DNA of 64,000 bases. Origin: Candidatus Zipacnadia bacterium. GTDB lineage: Bacteria > Armatimonadota > Zipacnadia > Zipacnadales > UBA5352. Each line of letters begins with the position of its first letter. The stretch's first letter is position 1. The position numbers and the translations under genes were made by a program. Positions 48,527 through 58,625 of this stretch are shown piece by piece. Below the pieces are notes generated by a model, which was not told the origin of the DNA, did not search any database, and worked only from the letters and a program-made list of their open reading frames with translations. The stretch covers positions 4,161-68,160 of the forward strand of contig JALGVA010000003.1 in NCBI GenBank assembly GCA_029820295.1, in the 5' to 3' direction.

Positions 48527-51500
48527 GCCATGGTGGTGTTCGCGACGGCCGTGCTCGCATTCCTTGTAGCGGGTGCCACGCACGCGGCCGACCTGCGGCC
48601 GGAGATGCGCGATCACACGCCGGCTCCCTACGCCGACCCGGCCGACCTGCCCGAGGCGCTGCGCGACACGTACCTGCCTCAGGGCGCACTGGACGGGCTG
48701 ACCGAGGTATTCGCGTCTGAGGACGGCCCCGTGCGCTCGGTGCAGATCGCCTGGCTGAGCGGCGACCGCTACCTGTGGCGCGTGGAGCTGGCGCAGCCCC
48801 TGGCCGACGATCAGACCATGAACGTTTACATCGACGCCGACCGCAATCCCGCAACCGGGCGCAGCGATGCCAGCGGCGCGGACATCATGCTGCAGGCCTC
48901 CCTCGGCGGTGATCGCCGCTACGAGTGGATGGCGGACGGTGTCGGCGCGTCGGCGCGCGGCCTGCGCAGCGCGATCGACGGCGCGGTCGTGTGGCTCAGC
49001 TACGACCACGCCCTCGCCCCGGCCGAGGGCGGCGCGGCCTGCACCTTCTGGATCGGTGTGCCCGGCGGCGGTACCGACCAGATCGAGGCGCTCGTGCCGG
49101 GTACCGGGCCGCGGCCTCTGGCCAAGGGGGCGCTCGATGTGCGGGTGCAGGCCGACGATGCAGAGGGCGACGAGATGTCGGCCTCCGTCGAGATCACCAA
49201 CCCCGACGACAGCGACCGCTGGATCGACCTGCAGTTCCCGCTCGCGCTGCCCTGCGAGGGCGAATTCCAGTGGTTCGACGGCTTCAACTTCACGCCGCAC
49301 ACCATCGGCGTGGCGCCCATCCAGTACCACGCCACCTCCGCGGTGCTGCCGTTGACCTGCGCCTGGGACGGTGAGACGGGCATCGCCCTCGCGCTCAACC
49401 CGCTCGACTGGTACACGGAGCTGCACAGCACCGTCCGGCCCGCGGCCGATGGCGGCCACGAGATCACCATCGGCACGCGCCTGGCGATCGCGCCGGGTGA
49501 AACCGAACGCTTCACGGTCCTCGCCTTCCCCTTCGATGGTCGCCTCGGCTGGCGTGGGGCATTCGAGGCCTACTGGGCCATGTTCCCCGAGCTGTATGAC
49601 CGTCCGCGCGACATCGACCCGCGTTTCCACACGGCCTCGGCGGGCGGCCTCTATCGGTCCTGGACCGACCCGACCGACGACGACTTCGCCTCCGACCTGA
49701 TCCGGCGCATGCACGGGCACTGGGAGTGGGGCTACGCGCCCGCGCCGAGACCCGGCGAGTGGGCGGTCAGTGAGCTGTCGGTGGGCGAGTGGACGCGCAG
49801 CCGTGGCGAGGTGAAGAAGTCACTGAGCGCCGAGAGTCTGCCGGAGGTGCGCGAGCGCGTCCATCAGTGGGTGCGCACCGATGCGGAGCTGACGGACGTC
49901 GCCGTCGCCTACTACATGCACCTCAAGAACATCGAGAAAGGCTTGATGGAGCAGTACTGGTCGGACTCATACTTCCAAAACCAGCCCGTCGAGTACCACG
50001 GCTACTACCAGCAGGTCCCGTGCTGGTTCGCCTATCCGTGGGCGGACAGCTACGGCGATTACATCCGCGACGCCATTCCCGGCATCGTCGAGAACTTCGA
50101 GCCGGCCGGCATCGGCTTCGACTCGGTCTTCGGCTTCATCCCGCACTGGGGACCCAGCGCCGACCGCTCCCCCGGCACGACCTTCGACAACGGCCTGGCC
50201 TTCGTCGGCGAGGGCATCGGCTTCGCGAAGCAGATGGACGTGGTCCGCGGGCAGCACACCGGCGGCTACCGCACCGCGATGGTGACGAACCTCAAGCTCC
50301 CGACCATCTCCGCCGACGCCGTGCGCACCGACTGCGCGCTGCTCGAACACCATCCGATGAACAACCCGAGCTACCGCGAGCGCTTCCTGCGTCTGCGCAT
50401 GCTCTCGGGGCGCATCGGCTGGAACTGGTGGCACACCTACAATCCGGACCTGTACTCGTGGATCCCCTGGGAGCGACTGAACCGGCAGCAGACTATCGAC
50501 GCCTTCCGCCGCCTGCGCGATGACGTGCTCATCCACTCGCTCTACTACGGCGGCTACCCGAACGCGCGCTTCGCGGTCGGCGTCCCCAGGCTCATGCGCG
50601 CGCTGCCCATGCTCATCGAGATCGCAGATCTGGGCTGGGAGCCGGTCATCGGCGCCGAGCCGGCGGGCGGAGAGCTGCTCATCAGCCGCTTCGGCACCGG
50701 CCTGGGGATGGCGCTGGGCGTGGGCAACCAGACCTACGAGCCCATCGAGGACACCGTGGTGGTCGACCGCGAGCACACCGCGCAGGGGCAGGATGCCGTC
50801 TTCATGGAGTGGGATGGCGCTGAGACGGTGACTGACTCCGCCGACGGTCCTCGACTGAGCGTCGCCGTGCCACCGCGCGACGTGCGGGCCTTCCGCGCGG
50901 TGATGATCATGCCCGCCGGCACGGTAGAGCGCGCGACCGCGAGCGCCGACCTGCACGACTACGAGCCGTCCAGCATGACCATCGAGCTTGAGTGCGGCGC
51001 CGCCGCCCAGCCCTGGGTGACGCTGTGGCTGCCGCAGGGCACTATGCTGACCGGAGCGACGCTGAACGGGGCGCAGCTCGTCTGCGTGCAGACCAATCGC
51101 GAGCCGCCCCGAGCCGGGCTCAATCTGCAGGCGGGGTCGAATGTGCTGACCGTCTCCTGGGAACCGAGCGTGGCCCTCCAGGGGGATCGAGCCGCTCTGC
51201 TGAACTTCCCGTTCGTGGCCGACGGCGCGCCCAACTGCAACGTCGTGGCCGCGGGCGACACGCGCGACCTGGCCTTTCGCGTGCAGGAGTACTTCCGCGA
51301 GTACTACCGCCGGGCGGTGGACGAGCCGCAGACGGTACGGCTGCCTATCGTGACACCCGAGCAGGCACCCGACGGCCGGCGAGTGGTGGTCGCGCTGCTG
51401 GACGACCTGCCTGTGGACCTGCAGGTGGACCTCGGGGACTCCGCAGCGGCCTTCGGCTGCAGCGGAGACGTGGTCTATGCCACTGCGACGACCCCTGAGA

Positions 51501-51718
51501 GCCTGGCGCAGGCCGTCGAAGGCCTTCTGTTCACACTCGACGAACGCTACGAGTACTGGGGGCCGTACTTCCCGACGCAGAATTTCTTCGATGGCGACCC
51601 GGCGAACTCGCCCCAGGCACTGCAGGAGGCGGGCATGGCGGGGAAAACGCTCACGGGCGACGACACTGGCTCGCTGGGCGAAGTGATCGAGCTGCCCGAC
51701 CTGATCGTCTGGCCCTGA
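48527..51718 (+). CDS. large secreted hypothetical protein (about 1063 aa)
   Basis: long ORF with uniform high GC3; start set at MVVFATAVLAFLVAGATHA signal peptide (GGAG 6 nt upstream); no family recognised. Confidence 0.6.
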   Translation, partial: AMVVFATAVLAFLVAGATHAADLRPEMRDHTPAPYADPADLPEALRDTYLPQGALDGLTEVFASEDGPVRSVQIAWLSGDRYLWRVELAQPLADDQTMNVYIDADRNPATGRSDASGADIMLQASLGGDRRYEWMADGVGASARGLRSAIDGAVVWLSYDHALAPAEGGAACTFWIGVPGGGTDQIEALVPGTGPRPLAKGALDVRVQADDAEGDEMSASVEITNPDDSDRWIDLQFPLALPCEGEFQWFDGFNFTPHTIGVAPIQYHATSAVLPLTCAWDGETGIALALNPLDWYTELHSTVRPAADGGHEITIGTRLAIAPGETERFTVLAFPFDGRLGWRGAFEAYWAMFPELYDRPRDIDPRFHTASAGGLYRSWTDPTDDDFASDLIRRMHGHWEWGYAPAPRPGEWAVSELSVGEWTRSRGEVKKSLSAESLPEVRERVHQWVRTDAELTDVAVAYYMHLKNIEKGLMEQYWSDSYFQNQPVEYHGYYQQVPCWFAYPWADSYGDYIRDAIPGIVENFEPAGIGFDSVFGFIPHWGPSADRSPGTTFDNGLAFVGEGIGFAKQMDVVRGQHTGGYRTAMVTNLKLPTISADAVRTDCALLEHHPMNNPSYRERFLRLRMLSGRIGWNWWHTYNPDLYSWIPWERLNRQQTIDAFRRLRDDVLIHSLYYGGYPNARFAVGVPRLMRALPMLIEIADLGWEPVIGAEPAGGELLISRFGTGLGMALGVGNQTYEPIEDTVVVDREHTAQGQDAVFMEWDGAETVTDSADGPRLSVAVPPRDVRAFRAVMIMPAGTVERATASADLHDYEPSSMTIELECGAAAQPWVTLWLPQGTMLTGATLNGAQLVCVQTNREPPRAGLNLQAGSNVLTVSWEPSVALQGDRAALLNFPFVADGAPNCNVVAAGDTRDLAFRVQEYFREYYRRAVDEPQTVRLPIVTPEQAPDGRRVVVALLDDLPVDLQVDLGDSAAAFGCSGDVVYATATTPESLAQAVEGLLFTLDERYEYWGPYFPTQNFFDGDPANSPQALQEAGMAGKTLTGDDTGSLGEVIELPDLIVWP

Positions 51719-51766
51719 GCGGCCGGAGATGCGAACCGTCGCACGACGCGAACGGAGGCTGACGCG

Positions 51767-54700
51767 ATGACACGATACCTCGCACTGCTGGCGCTCATGG
51801 GGAGCGCGATGCTCATGACCGACGCACAGGCGCAGGAGCCGACCGACAATCTGTGGACGAACCCCTCGTTCGAGGAGGGTGTGACCGAGGCGGGACGCTA
51901 CAGCGTGCCCGTGGGCTGGACGCTCTACGCCGGCGAGGGCGAAGAGTCGAGGATGGAGCTGGTCGAGCCGGGCTACGAGAGCGACCACGCCCTGGCGATC
52001 GTTGACGGCGACCAGGTGACCGAGATCGGCATCTACCAGGAGGTCGAGGGCCCCGGCGGCATCGCCTACGAGGCGTCGGCGATGGTCAAGGCGCTCGAGG
52101 ATGGCGGCGGCGGCGGGGCCTACATCCAGCTTCGCTTCTCGCCCTCAGGCGAGTACGAGCAGGTCGGGCTCGGGGCGGCGGACACCGAGGATTGGCGGCG
52201 CATCTCGGTCGTAGGCCTCGCTCCCGAGGACACGACCAGCATCCGCGTCTATTACTACACCCACAAGGGCCCGACGCCGCGGTTCGCGATCGACGATGTC
52301 CGGCTCATCGGCGGCGTGCCACCACCACCGCCACCACCGCCGGACCCGGTGCCGCCGGTCTACGAGCAGCTCAAGGACCTGCACCTGCAGACCGAGCTGG
52401 TGCGGGGCGGGGAGGCGAAGGTGACCATCGTGGCGCCCGAGCGCTACCGGCCGCAATCGGAGGCCATCGCGCGGGCCATCGAGGCCATCACGGGCGTCCG
52501 GCCCGACATCGTGCGCGATGACGACGAGGTCGCGGCCGTCCCCGGCGACGAGGGGCACTTCGACCGCAACTTCATCTGCATCGGCAACCGCAATACGAAC
52601 GCCATGATCGAGGAGCTGTACAACCGCTTCTACACGCTGCTCGACCTCAAGTACCCGGGGCCGGGCGGGCACGTTGTGCGCACCTGCCACAACCCCTTCG
52701 GCGACGGCCACAACATCGTCTTCGTGGGCGGCAGCGATGACCTGGGCGTCGAGGCGGCTGCGCAGTGGCTGGTGGGCGCCCTCGGGGACGCGGGTGGCGG
52801 GCAGGGCGAGCTGACCATCGGCCGGCTGATGGAGATCGACACCGACCTCGAATTCCCGCACAACCCGGCTGAGATCGAGCACTGGGACGCCTCGCGCGGT
52901 TACCGCTCGGTGGGCTACTTCGGCTGGGTGTCGCACTCCAAGCACCTCGCCGCATACTACATGACCGGCGACGAGTTCCATGCGCGCGAGTTCATCCGCC
53001 TGGCCTTCCCCGATGCCGAAGCCAGGGCTCAGATCACCGAGATCGACGGCGAGCGCATCGAGAACAAGGACGACCCGCTCGCCGGACCGTACCACTACAA
53101 CGCCCACATGATGATCCTGTTCTGGGACCTGGTGGAGGAGAGCCCGGTCTTCACCGACGAGGAGCGCCTGGCGGTCACCAACGCGTTCTCGCGCCAGCTC
53201 GACTGGCGCAAGGGCGAGGGCATCTACCAGCTCACGAAGCCGCCCAGTTCGGTCGGCTCGCGCCACACGCAGTGGTCCGCGATCTCGCTCTACTGCCTGT
53301 CGCGCTATTTCGCCAGGGACTACGGCGACCAGGTCTGGCGCCAGGGGATGACCGGCGCGCGCATGGCCTTCAAGCCGCTGGAGAGCCACGCGTGGGTGCA
53401 CGGTGAGGCCGACAACCTGTTCTGGTACAACACCGGCCACGCGCCCATCCTCTCGTTCATGATGCTGTCGGGCTGGCGCGGCGCGCAGGAGAGCGGCGTG
53501 CTGGCGGAGCTGCTGCGCGGGCAGGAGATCCTGGCCACGGGTAAGGACAACGACTGGGAGCTGAACACCGCGGCCATCACCTTCCTGCACCAGGCCGCAT
53601 ACCTGACCGGCGACGGTCGCTGGCTGGAGTACCGCAACCGCACCGGCATCGACCTGACCGTGCCGCGCGTGGGGCAGTCGTTCTGGCCCGATCCGGAGCT
53701 GCAGCCCGCGCTGCCCATGGACATGGTCGGACACTGGAGCATCCACCCGATGCCCCGACCCATGTGGGCCGTCCGTGGTAACGGCTTCCCGCTCGACGAG
53801 TCCTTCCAGTTCGGCAGCTTCCGCTCAGCGCCGGACGCGAGCGGTGACTTCGTGCTGATCGACGGCTACAACGGCGCGTCGCGCAACCCCTATCACACCT
53901 TCGCTATCCTGGAGATGCGCCTGGGCGGCGCCACGCTGCTCAAGGGCTACCGCAATCAGGTGCTCACGCGCGTGGACGGCATGGTCGAGCCGCAGATCGC
54001 CATGGACGGCGCGCTGCGCGACCGTGACGTGGTGGGCGATGTCGCGAGCTGCGTGGGCGAGGTGCCGCGCGCGGCCTACTGCAACTGGCGGCGGACGCTG
54101 GCTCAGCGCGTGGGCAGGTATGCGCTGGTGGTTGACGAGCTGACCATGCGCGAGAGCAGCGATAACATCCAGGTGCAGATGCTGTGGGAGGTCCCGAGCG
54201 GGCAGTGGAGCAGCGACCTCGGCGGCATTGGGGTGAGCAGCGCGGCCGGGCCGTACACGCCCGTCGGGTGGGTGAGCCGCCGGGCGCTCGACAGCCCGCA
54301 CGAGAGCGAGCCATCCGGCGAGGAGTTCGTGGCCGAGCACGAGAGCCTGGGAGTGGTGCTGCTGCGCGCCACCGAGCCCGGGCAGTGGCTGGAGATGACC
54401 TTCTCGCTCGACGAGCCGCTGGAGGGCGAGATCTACGCCGACTTCCTGCAGTACGTGGACAGGGGCGTGTTCGCCATCTCGCTCGACGGCGAGCCCGTGG
54501 TCGAGCGCTGGGACTCATGGGCGCCGACGGCGCAGCCGGCGCGCGTGCCGCTGGGGCGACATCAACTGGCGGCGGGCGAGCATCGCCTCCGCGTCGAGGT
54601 GGTGGAGCGCGGTCGGAGCGGCGGGACCTCCTATGTCGCGCTCTCCGGCATCAGCATCAAGCCCGACGAGGCCCCCGAGGCGGAGGAAGTGGGCGTCAAC

Positions 54701-56506
54701 TACGCCATCCTGCCCAGCGACCCCGTCCGCGCCCAGCAGGAGGGGCGCGTGCATACGCTGGAGTGGGTCGGGCCGGGGCAGGAGGGCGAGCGCCTGACCT
54801 TCTTCTCGCTGGTGGGCGCCGAGCCGGTCCCGTCGGATAATCACCTGGCGTGCCTGCGCATCGCCGACAATGCCGCCGCGCTGGGTCTGCCTCAGCCGGC
54901 GGTAGCCGTCGCCGGCGAATATGAGGGCACCAACGCGGCGCTGGCGATCATCGCCGGCGATCACCTCTACGCCCGGGACGCGACGGCGGTGGTGGCCGAC
55001 GCACCGCTGCTGGAGGCGGGCGAGCCCGTGAAGGTGATGTGGGACTACGCGGCGGGCACGGTGGCGGTGCACGCCGCCGCCGACACGACCCTGGCGATCC
55101 GGGCCGCGGAGGGCGGGGTGACGCTGGACGGACAGCCCACCGCGTGCGAGGTCCTCGACGGCGGCCTGATGGCGCTCACGGTGCCCGCCGGCGAGCACGA
55201 GATATCGGGCGCGCAGCCCGCGGAGGAGATGCTCGCCGCGCTGCCGCAGTGGCTGGATGATCAGCGCGCGACCGGCGAGCAGATGCGCGCAGCCGCCGCG
55301 GCCCAGGAGCCGCCGGGCACGCTGCCGGATGTCCCGGAGTTGCCGCTGGCGATGAGTGCGCAGGTCGGCGAGGGGGTGCGCGAGGTCATCGCCATCCCCG
55401 ACGGCGCGGGCGGGCAGCTCGCATGCGCCGCCGGCGGCAAGACCATCAGCTTCATCGCGCCCGACGGCACCATCGTCGCCACCGCGCAGACCGACGGCGA
55501 CATCCGCGACGTCCAGTGGTGGGATGAGCACGAGCTGCTGATCGCGGGCTGCGCGGACGAGCAGGTCATCGCCTTCAACCGCGCCGGGGAGCGGCAGTGG
55601 GTGTTCGTCTCGGAGATGGACCCGGCGGTGTTCCGCGCGGCCAAGGACTACTGGTTCAAGTCGGCACCTTCGCACGCGGGGATCTGGGGCGTCTACACGG
55701 GCGTGTTCCTCGACGGGGAGAGCCAGTGCTTCGTGGGCAGCGCGTGCACGCTGGAGATCATTGACGAGAACGGTCAGCTCGTCCACCGCATGCCGCAGTT
55801 CTGGGGCGACCCGCACGTGTTCCAGATCATCGACGGGCCCGGCGAGAGCCTGAACCTGCTGGCGGCGCGGCGGATCAACGGCACCCATCGCGTCGGCATC
55901 GTGAACAACGAGACCCTCGACCCCGGGCAGCGCGGCTTCAACGCCGTGCCGGCCGGGCACACCTACGTGGGCGGCTGGTCCTCGCTCAACCGTTACCACC
56001 TGCTCTACGAGGACCTTGACGGCGACGGCACACGCGAGGTCATCAGCGAGATCAACGGCTCGTGGAACCGCGTAACCGTGTGGGACGCCTCGGGCTCGCC
56101 GCTCTATGACGCGAGCTTCGGCCCGGGCGTGAGAGCCCCCACGCGCAACATGCGCGACCTGGTGGTGGCCGATCTCGACGCCGACGGGACCATGGAGGTC
56201 GTGACCGCGACCTCCAGCGGACTGGTGGTGGCCCTCGACCACGAGCTGAACAAGGAGTGGGCGCGGTCGATGCCCAGCCCGCCGAACGTCATGGCCGCCG
56301 TGCCCGCCGACGATGAGCAGTGGCTGGTGGTCGGCTGCGGCGACGGCACACTCGTCGCCCTGGACGCGCGCGGCGAGGTGGTGCGCGCCGGCACGATCGA
56401 GGGCATGCCGGGCGATCTGGGCATGGCAGTGCTGGAGACACCGGATGGCCCGGCGCTGGTGGTGGGCACGCGCGCCGGGGCCGTTGCCGCGTTCCGACCT
56501 GAGTAG
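51767..56506 (+). CDS. giant secreted multidomain protein (about 1579 aa): signal peptide, CBM4/9-like N-terminal domain, poly-proline linker, central domain, C-terminal beta-propeller-like repeats
   Basis: MTRYLALLALMGSAMLMTDAQA signal; NLWTNPSFEEG...W carbohydrate-binding-module-like start; PPPPPPPPDPVPP linker; C-terminal DLDGDG/DLDADG-containing repeats (FG-GAP/VCBS-like). Confidence 0.65.
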   Translation: MTRYLALLALMGSAMLMTDAQAQEPTDNLWTNPSFEEGVTEAGRYSVPVGWTLYAGEGEESRMELVEPGYESDHALAIVDGDQVTEIGIYQEVEGPGGIAYEASAMVKALEDGGGGGAYIQLRFSPSGEYEQVGLGAADTEDWRRISVVGLAPEDTTSIRVYYYTHKGPTPRFAIDDVRLIGGVPPPPPPPPDPVPPVYEQLKDLHLQTELVRGGEAKVTIVAPERYRPQSEAIARAIEAITGVRPDIVRDDDEVAAVPGDEGHFDRNFICIGNRNTNAMIEELYNRFYTLLDLKYPGPGGHVVRTCHNPFGDGHNIVFVGGSDDLGVEAAAQWLVGALGDAGGGQGELTIGRLMEIDTDLEFPHNPAEIEHWDASRGYRSVGYFGWVSHSKHLAAYYMTGDEFHAREFIRLAFPDAEARAQITEIDGERIENKDDPLAGPYHYNAHMMILFWDLVEESPVFTDEERLAVTNAFSRQLDWRKGEGIYQLTKPPSSVGSRHTQWSAISLYCLSRYFARDYGDQVWRQGMTGARMAFKPLESHAWVHGEADNLFWYNTGHAPILSFMMLSGWRGAQESGVLAELLRGQEILATGKDNDWELNTAAITFLHQAAYLTGDGRWLEYRNRTGIDLTVPRVGQSFWPDPELQPALPMDMVGHWSIHPMPRPMWAVRGNGFPLDESFQFGSFRSAPDASGDFVLIDGYNGASRNPYHTFAILEMRLGGATLLKGYRNQVLTRVDGMVEPQIAMDGALRDRDVVGDVASCVGEVPRAAYCNWRRTLAQRVGRYALVVDELTMRESSDNIQVQMLWEVPSGQWSSDLGGIGVSSAAGPYTPVGWVSRRALDSPHESEPSGEEFVAEHESLGVVLLRATEPGQWLEMTFSLDEPLEGEIYADFLQYVDRGVFAISLDGEPVVERWDSWAPTAQPARVPLGRHQLAAGEHRLRVEVVERGRSGGTSYVALSGISIKPDEAPEAEEVGVNYAILPSDPVRAQQEGRVHTLEWVGPGQEGERLTFFSLVGAEPVPSDNHLACLRIADNAAALGLPQPAVAVAGEYEGTNAALAIIAGDHLYARDATAVVADAPLLEAGEPVKVMWDYAAGTVAVHAAADTTLAIRAAEGGVTLDGQPTACEVLDGGLMALTVPAGEHEISGAQPAEEMLAALPQWLDDQRATGEQMRAAAAAQEPPGTLPDVPELPLAMSAQVGEGVREVIAIPDGAGGQLACAAGGKTISFIAPDGTIVATAQTDGDIRDVQWWDEHELLIAGCADEQVIAFNRAGERQWVFVSEMDPAVFRAAKDYWFKSAPSHAGIWGVYTGVFLDGESQCFVGSACTLEIIDENGQLVHRMPQFWGDPHVFQIIDGPGESLNLLAARRINGTHRVGIVNNETLDPGQRGFNAVPAGHTYVGGWSSLNRYHLLYEDLDGDGTREVISEINGSWNRVTVWDASGSPLYDASFGPGVRAPTRNMRDLVVADLDADGTMEVVTATSSGLVVALDHELNKEWARSMPSPPNVMAAVPADDEQWLVVGCGDGTLVALDARGEVVRAGTIEGMPGDLGMAVLETPDGPALVVGTRAGAVAAFRPE

Positions 56507-56518
56507 GCCGGTGGGACG

Positions 56519-57160
56519 ATGGCCGAAGACGACGAGCCCGTGATCCGGCAGGCGGGAGCGCAGGAGATGGCCGACGTGGCCGAGATCTACCTGGCGGCCT
56601 TCCCGGACTCCTTGCGCGACCTCGGGCTCGAAGGCATCCGGCCGGCGGCGGTGGACGACATCATGGCCATCTGCCTCGACGCCGAGCCCGGGGGCTTCCT
56701 GATCGCCGAGGTCGATGGCCGGCCGGCGGGCTACGCGATCTGCCCATCCGACGCCGGCCGCATCCGGCGCGCCGGACTGCGGCACCTGCCCACCATCGCC
56801 TGGCGGTGGCTCACCGGGCAGTACGGCGTGGGCCTGCGCGTGGCGCTGCGGCTGGCGCGCGAGAAGCTCATGTTCTGGCGGCACGCCGACCTGCCGGGCG
56901 CCGACTGCCCCGCGCGCATTCTGTCACTCGCGGTGCACCCGCGCGGGCAGGGCCACGGGCTGGGTAAGGCGCTGATGGCGGCGGCGCTGGACTACCTCCG
57001 GGCCCGGGGCGCAACCTGCGTGCGCCTGGAGGTGCGGCCGGGTAACCCCGCGGCGCGACACATCTACGAGAAGATGGGCTTCCGCGATATCGGCCAGGTG
57101 CACGACACGCGCGGGCCGTGGGACGTGATGATGCTGGAGCTGGGATCGCCCGATGGCTGA
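56519..57160 (+). CDS. GNAT family N-acetyltransferase
   Basis: LAVHPRGQGHGLGKALM acetyl-CoA binding motif A. Confidence 0.7.
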   Translation: MAEDDEPVIRQAGAQEMADVAEIYLAAFPDSLRDLGLEGIRPAAVDDIMAICLDAEPGGFLIAEVDGRPAGYAICPSDAGRIRRAGLRHLPTIAWRWLTGQYGVGLRVALRLAREKLMFWRHADLPGADCPARILSLAVHPRGQGHGLGKALMAAALDYLRARGATCVRLEVRPGNPAARHIYEKMGFRDIGQVHDTRGPWDVMMLELGSPDG

Positions 57161-57809
57161 GGCCCTCCTGATCTGGATCCGCGACCACGGTGCCATCGGC
57201 GTGGCGGTCTTCCTCGCGGTGGAGAACCTCGGCGTGCCGTGGCCGACCACCCTCGCCTACATCGTCGCCATCGAGCTGGTGCGGGTCGGGGAGCTGACCT
57301 GGCTGGGGGCGCTGGCGGTGTGCACGGTCGGCCACCTGATCGGCGCCATCGCCGCCTACGGCCTGGGCCGCGGCGGCGACAATATCGTGCTGCGCTACGC
57401 CCAGAAGGGGGGCCGGCTCGACCGCACGATGGCCTGGCTCGACCAGTGGTTCGCCCGTCACGGCATCCTGACTATCCTGGTGGCGCGCCTGGTGGGCTAT
57501 GTGCGCCCGTGGGCGTCGATCGCCGCCGGCCTGGGCGACGTTCGCTTCTGGCCCTTCGTGCTGTGGACCACCGTCGGCACCGTCGCGCATGTCGCGCTGG
57601 CGCTGTGGCTGGCGCACGTGGGCTTCTGGTTCTGGGACGCCTACCCCCGTCTGCGCATCGCCCTGGTCGTCGTCGTCGCGCTCATATTCTGGGGCGCCTT
57701 CCTGTACGCAGTGATCCTCTCGGCCGTCCAGCGCCGCCGCGGCAAGCAGGAAGCGCCGGAGCCCGAGGCGACCGTGGAGGGAGCGGCCGACACAAGCGAG
57801 GGCGGGTGA
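57153..57809 (+). CDS. DedA/VTT-domain family membrane protein
   Basis: start overlaps GNAT stop; LAVENLGVPWP...ARLVGYVRPW motifs typical of DedA/SNARE-associated proteins; 4-5 TM. Confidence 0.75.
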   Translation: MAEALLIWIRDHGAIGVAVFLAVENLGVPWPTTLAYIVAIELVRVGELTWLGALAVCTVGHLIGAIAAYGLGRGGDNIVLRYAQKGGRLDRTMAWLDQWFARHGILTILVARLVGYVRPWASIAAGLGDVRFWPFVLWTTVGTVAHVALALWLAHVGFWFWDAYPRLRIALVVVVALIFWGAFLYAVILSAVQRRRGKQEAPEPEATVEGAADTSEGG

Positions 57810-57855
57810 GATGCAGCGACTGCGGATGGACGGCTGTTGTTGTGACCTGATGCGG

Positions 57856-58611
57856 CTACACCTGGCCGGTGGGCAGGTTCGCCTCCCGCCAGAACTCGGA
57901 CCCGCGCGCGATCTGGGTCGCGCGGAAGAGGCTTTCGGGAGTGCCCGCGTCCGACCACTCGCAGTCGAGCACCTCGGCGGTCAGCTCCCCGGCCTCGCGG
58001 TAGGCGTTGTTCACGTCGGTGATCTCAAGCTGCCCGCGGTCGGAGGGTACCAGCGTCGGCAGGATCTCCCATAGCCGCCGGTCGTACATGTAGACCCCGA
58101 CCACCGCCAGGTTCGACCTCGGCTCCGCGGGCTTCTCCTCGATCGACAGCACGCGCCCGGCCTCGTCGATCTCCGCCACCCCGAAGCGCTCCGGATCGTC
58201 CACTTCGCGCAGCAGGATCTTCGCCCCCGACGGCTGCTCGGCGAAGGCGCCGACATGCGTTCGGATGCTTCCGCCCAGCACGTTGTCGCCCAGCATCACC
58301 ACCACGCGGTCATCGCCCACGAACGGACGGGCCAGCCGCAGGGCGTCGGCGATGCCGCCGGCGCCGCGCTGGTAGGTGAAGGCGAGGTAGTCGAGGCCGA
58401 ACTCGGAGCCGTCGTGCAGCAGCTCGAGGAAGTCGCCGGGCGAATTGCCGCCGGTCACGATCATGATGTCGCGGATGCCCGCCTCGACGAGGTTGTGGAG
58501 CGGGTAGTAGACCATGGGGAAGCGCCCGACGGGCAGCAGGTGCTTGTTGGTGACGCGCGTCATGGGCAGCAGACGCGTGCCCAGACCTCCGACCAGGATG
58601 ACACCCTTCAC
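57856..58611 (-). CDS. sugar-1-phosphate nucleotidyltransferase (glucose-1-phosphate thymidylyl/uridylyltransferase-like)
   Basis: GVILVGGLGTRLLPMT G-loop; GTG start (VKGVIL) with GGAGG 7 nt upstream; ORF-track N-terminal 37 aa rejected. Confidence 0.8.
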   Translation of the reverse strand: MKGVILVGGLGTRLLPMTRVTNKHLLPVGRFPMVYYPLHNLVEAGIRDIMIVTGGNSPGDFLELLHDGSEFGLDYLAFTYQRGAGGIADALRLARPFVGDDRVVVMLGDNVLGGSIRTHVGAFAEQPSGAKILLREVDDPERFGVAEIDEAGRVLSIEEKPAEPRSNLAVVGVYMYDRRLWEILPTLVPSDRGQLEITDVNNAYREAGELTAEVLDCEWSDAGTPESLFRATQIARGSEFWREANLPTGQV

Positions 58612-58625
58612 CGCGGGACCTCCGG

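Noticed and set aside
48155-56884. Series of long minus-strand ORFs (48155-49720, 49967-51988, 52145-53746, 54515-56884) across the giant secreted-protein genes
   Set aside because: They tile the opposite strand of two continuous 3.2- and 4.7-kb plus-strand ORFs that have signal peptides and recognisable modules. Their products are Arg/Gly/His-rich without motifs.
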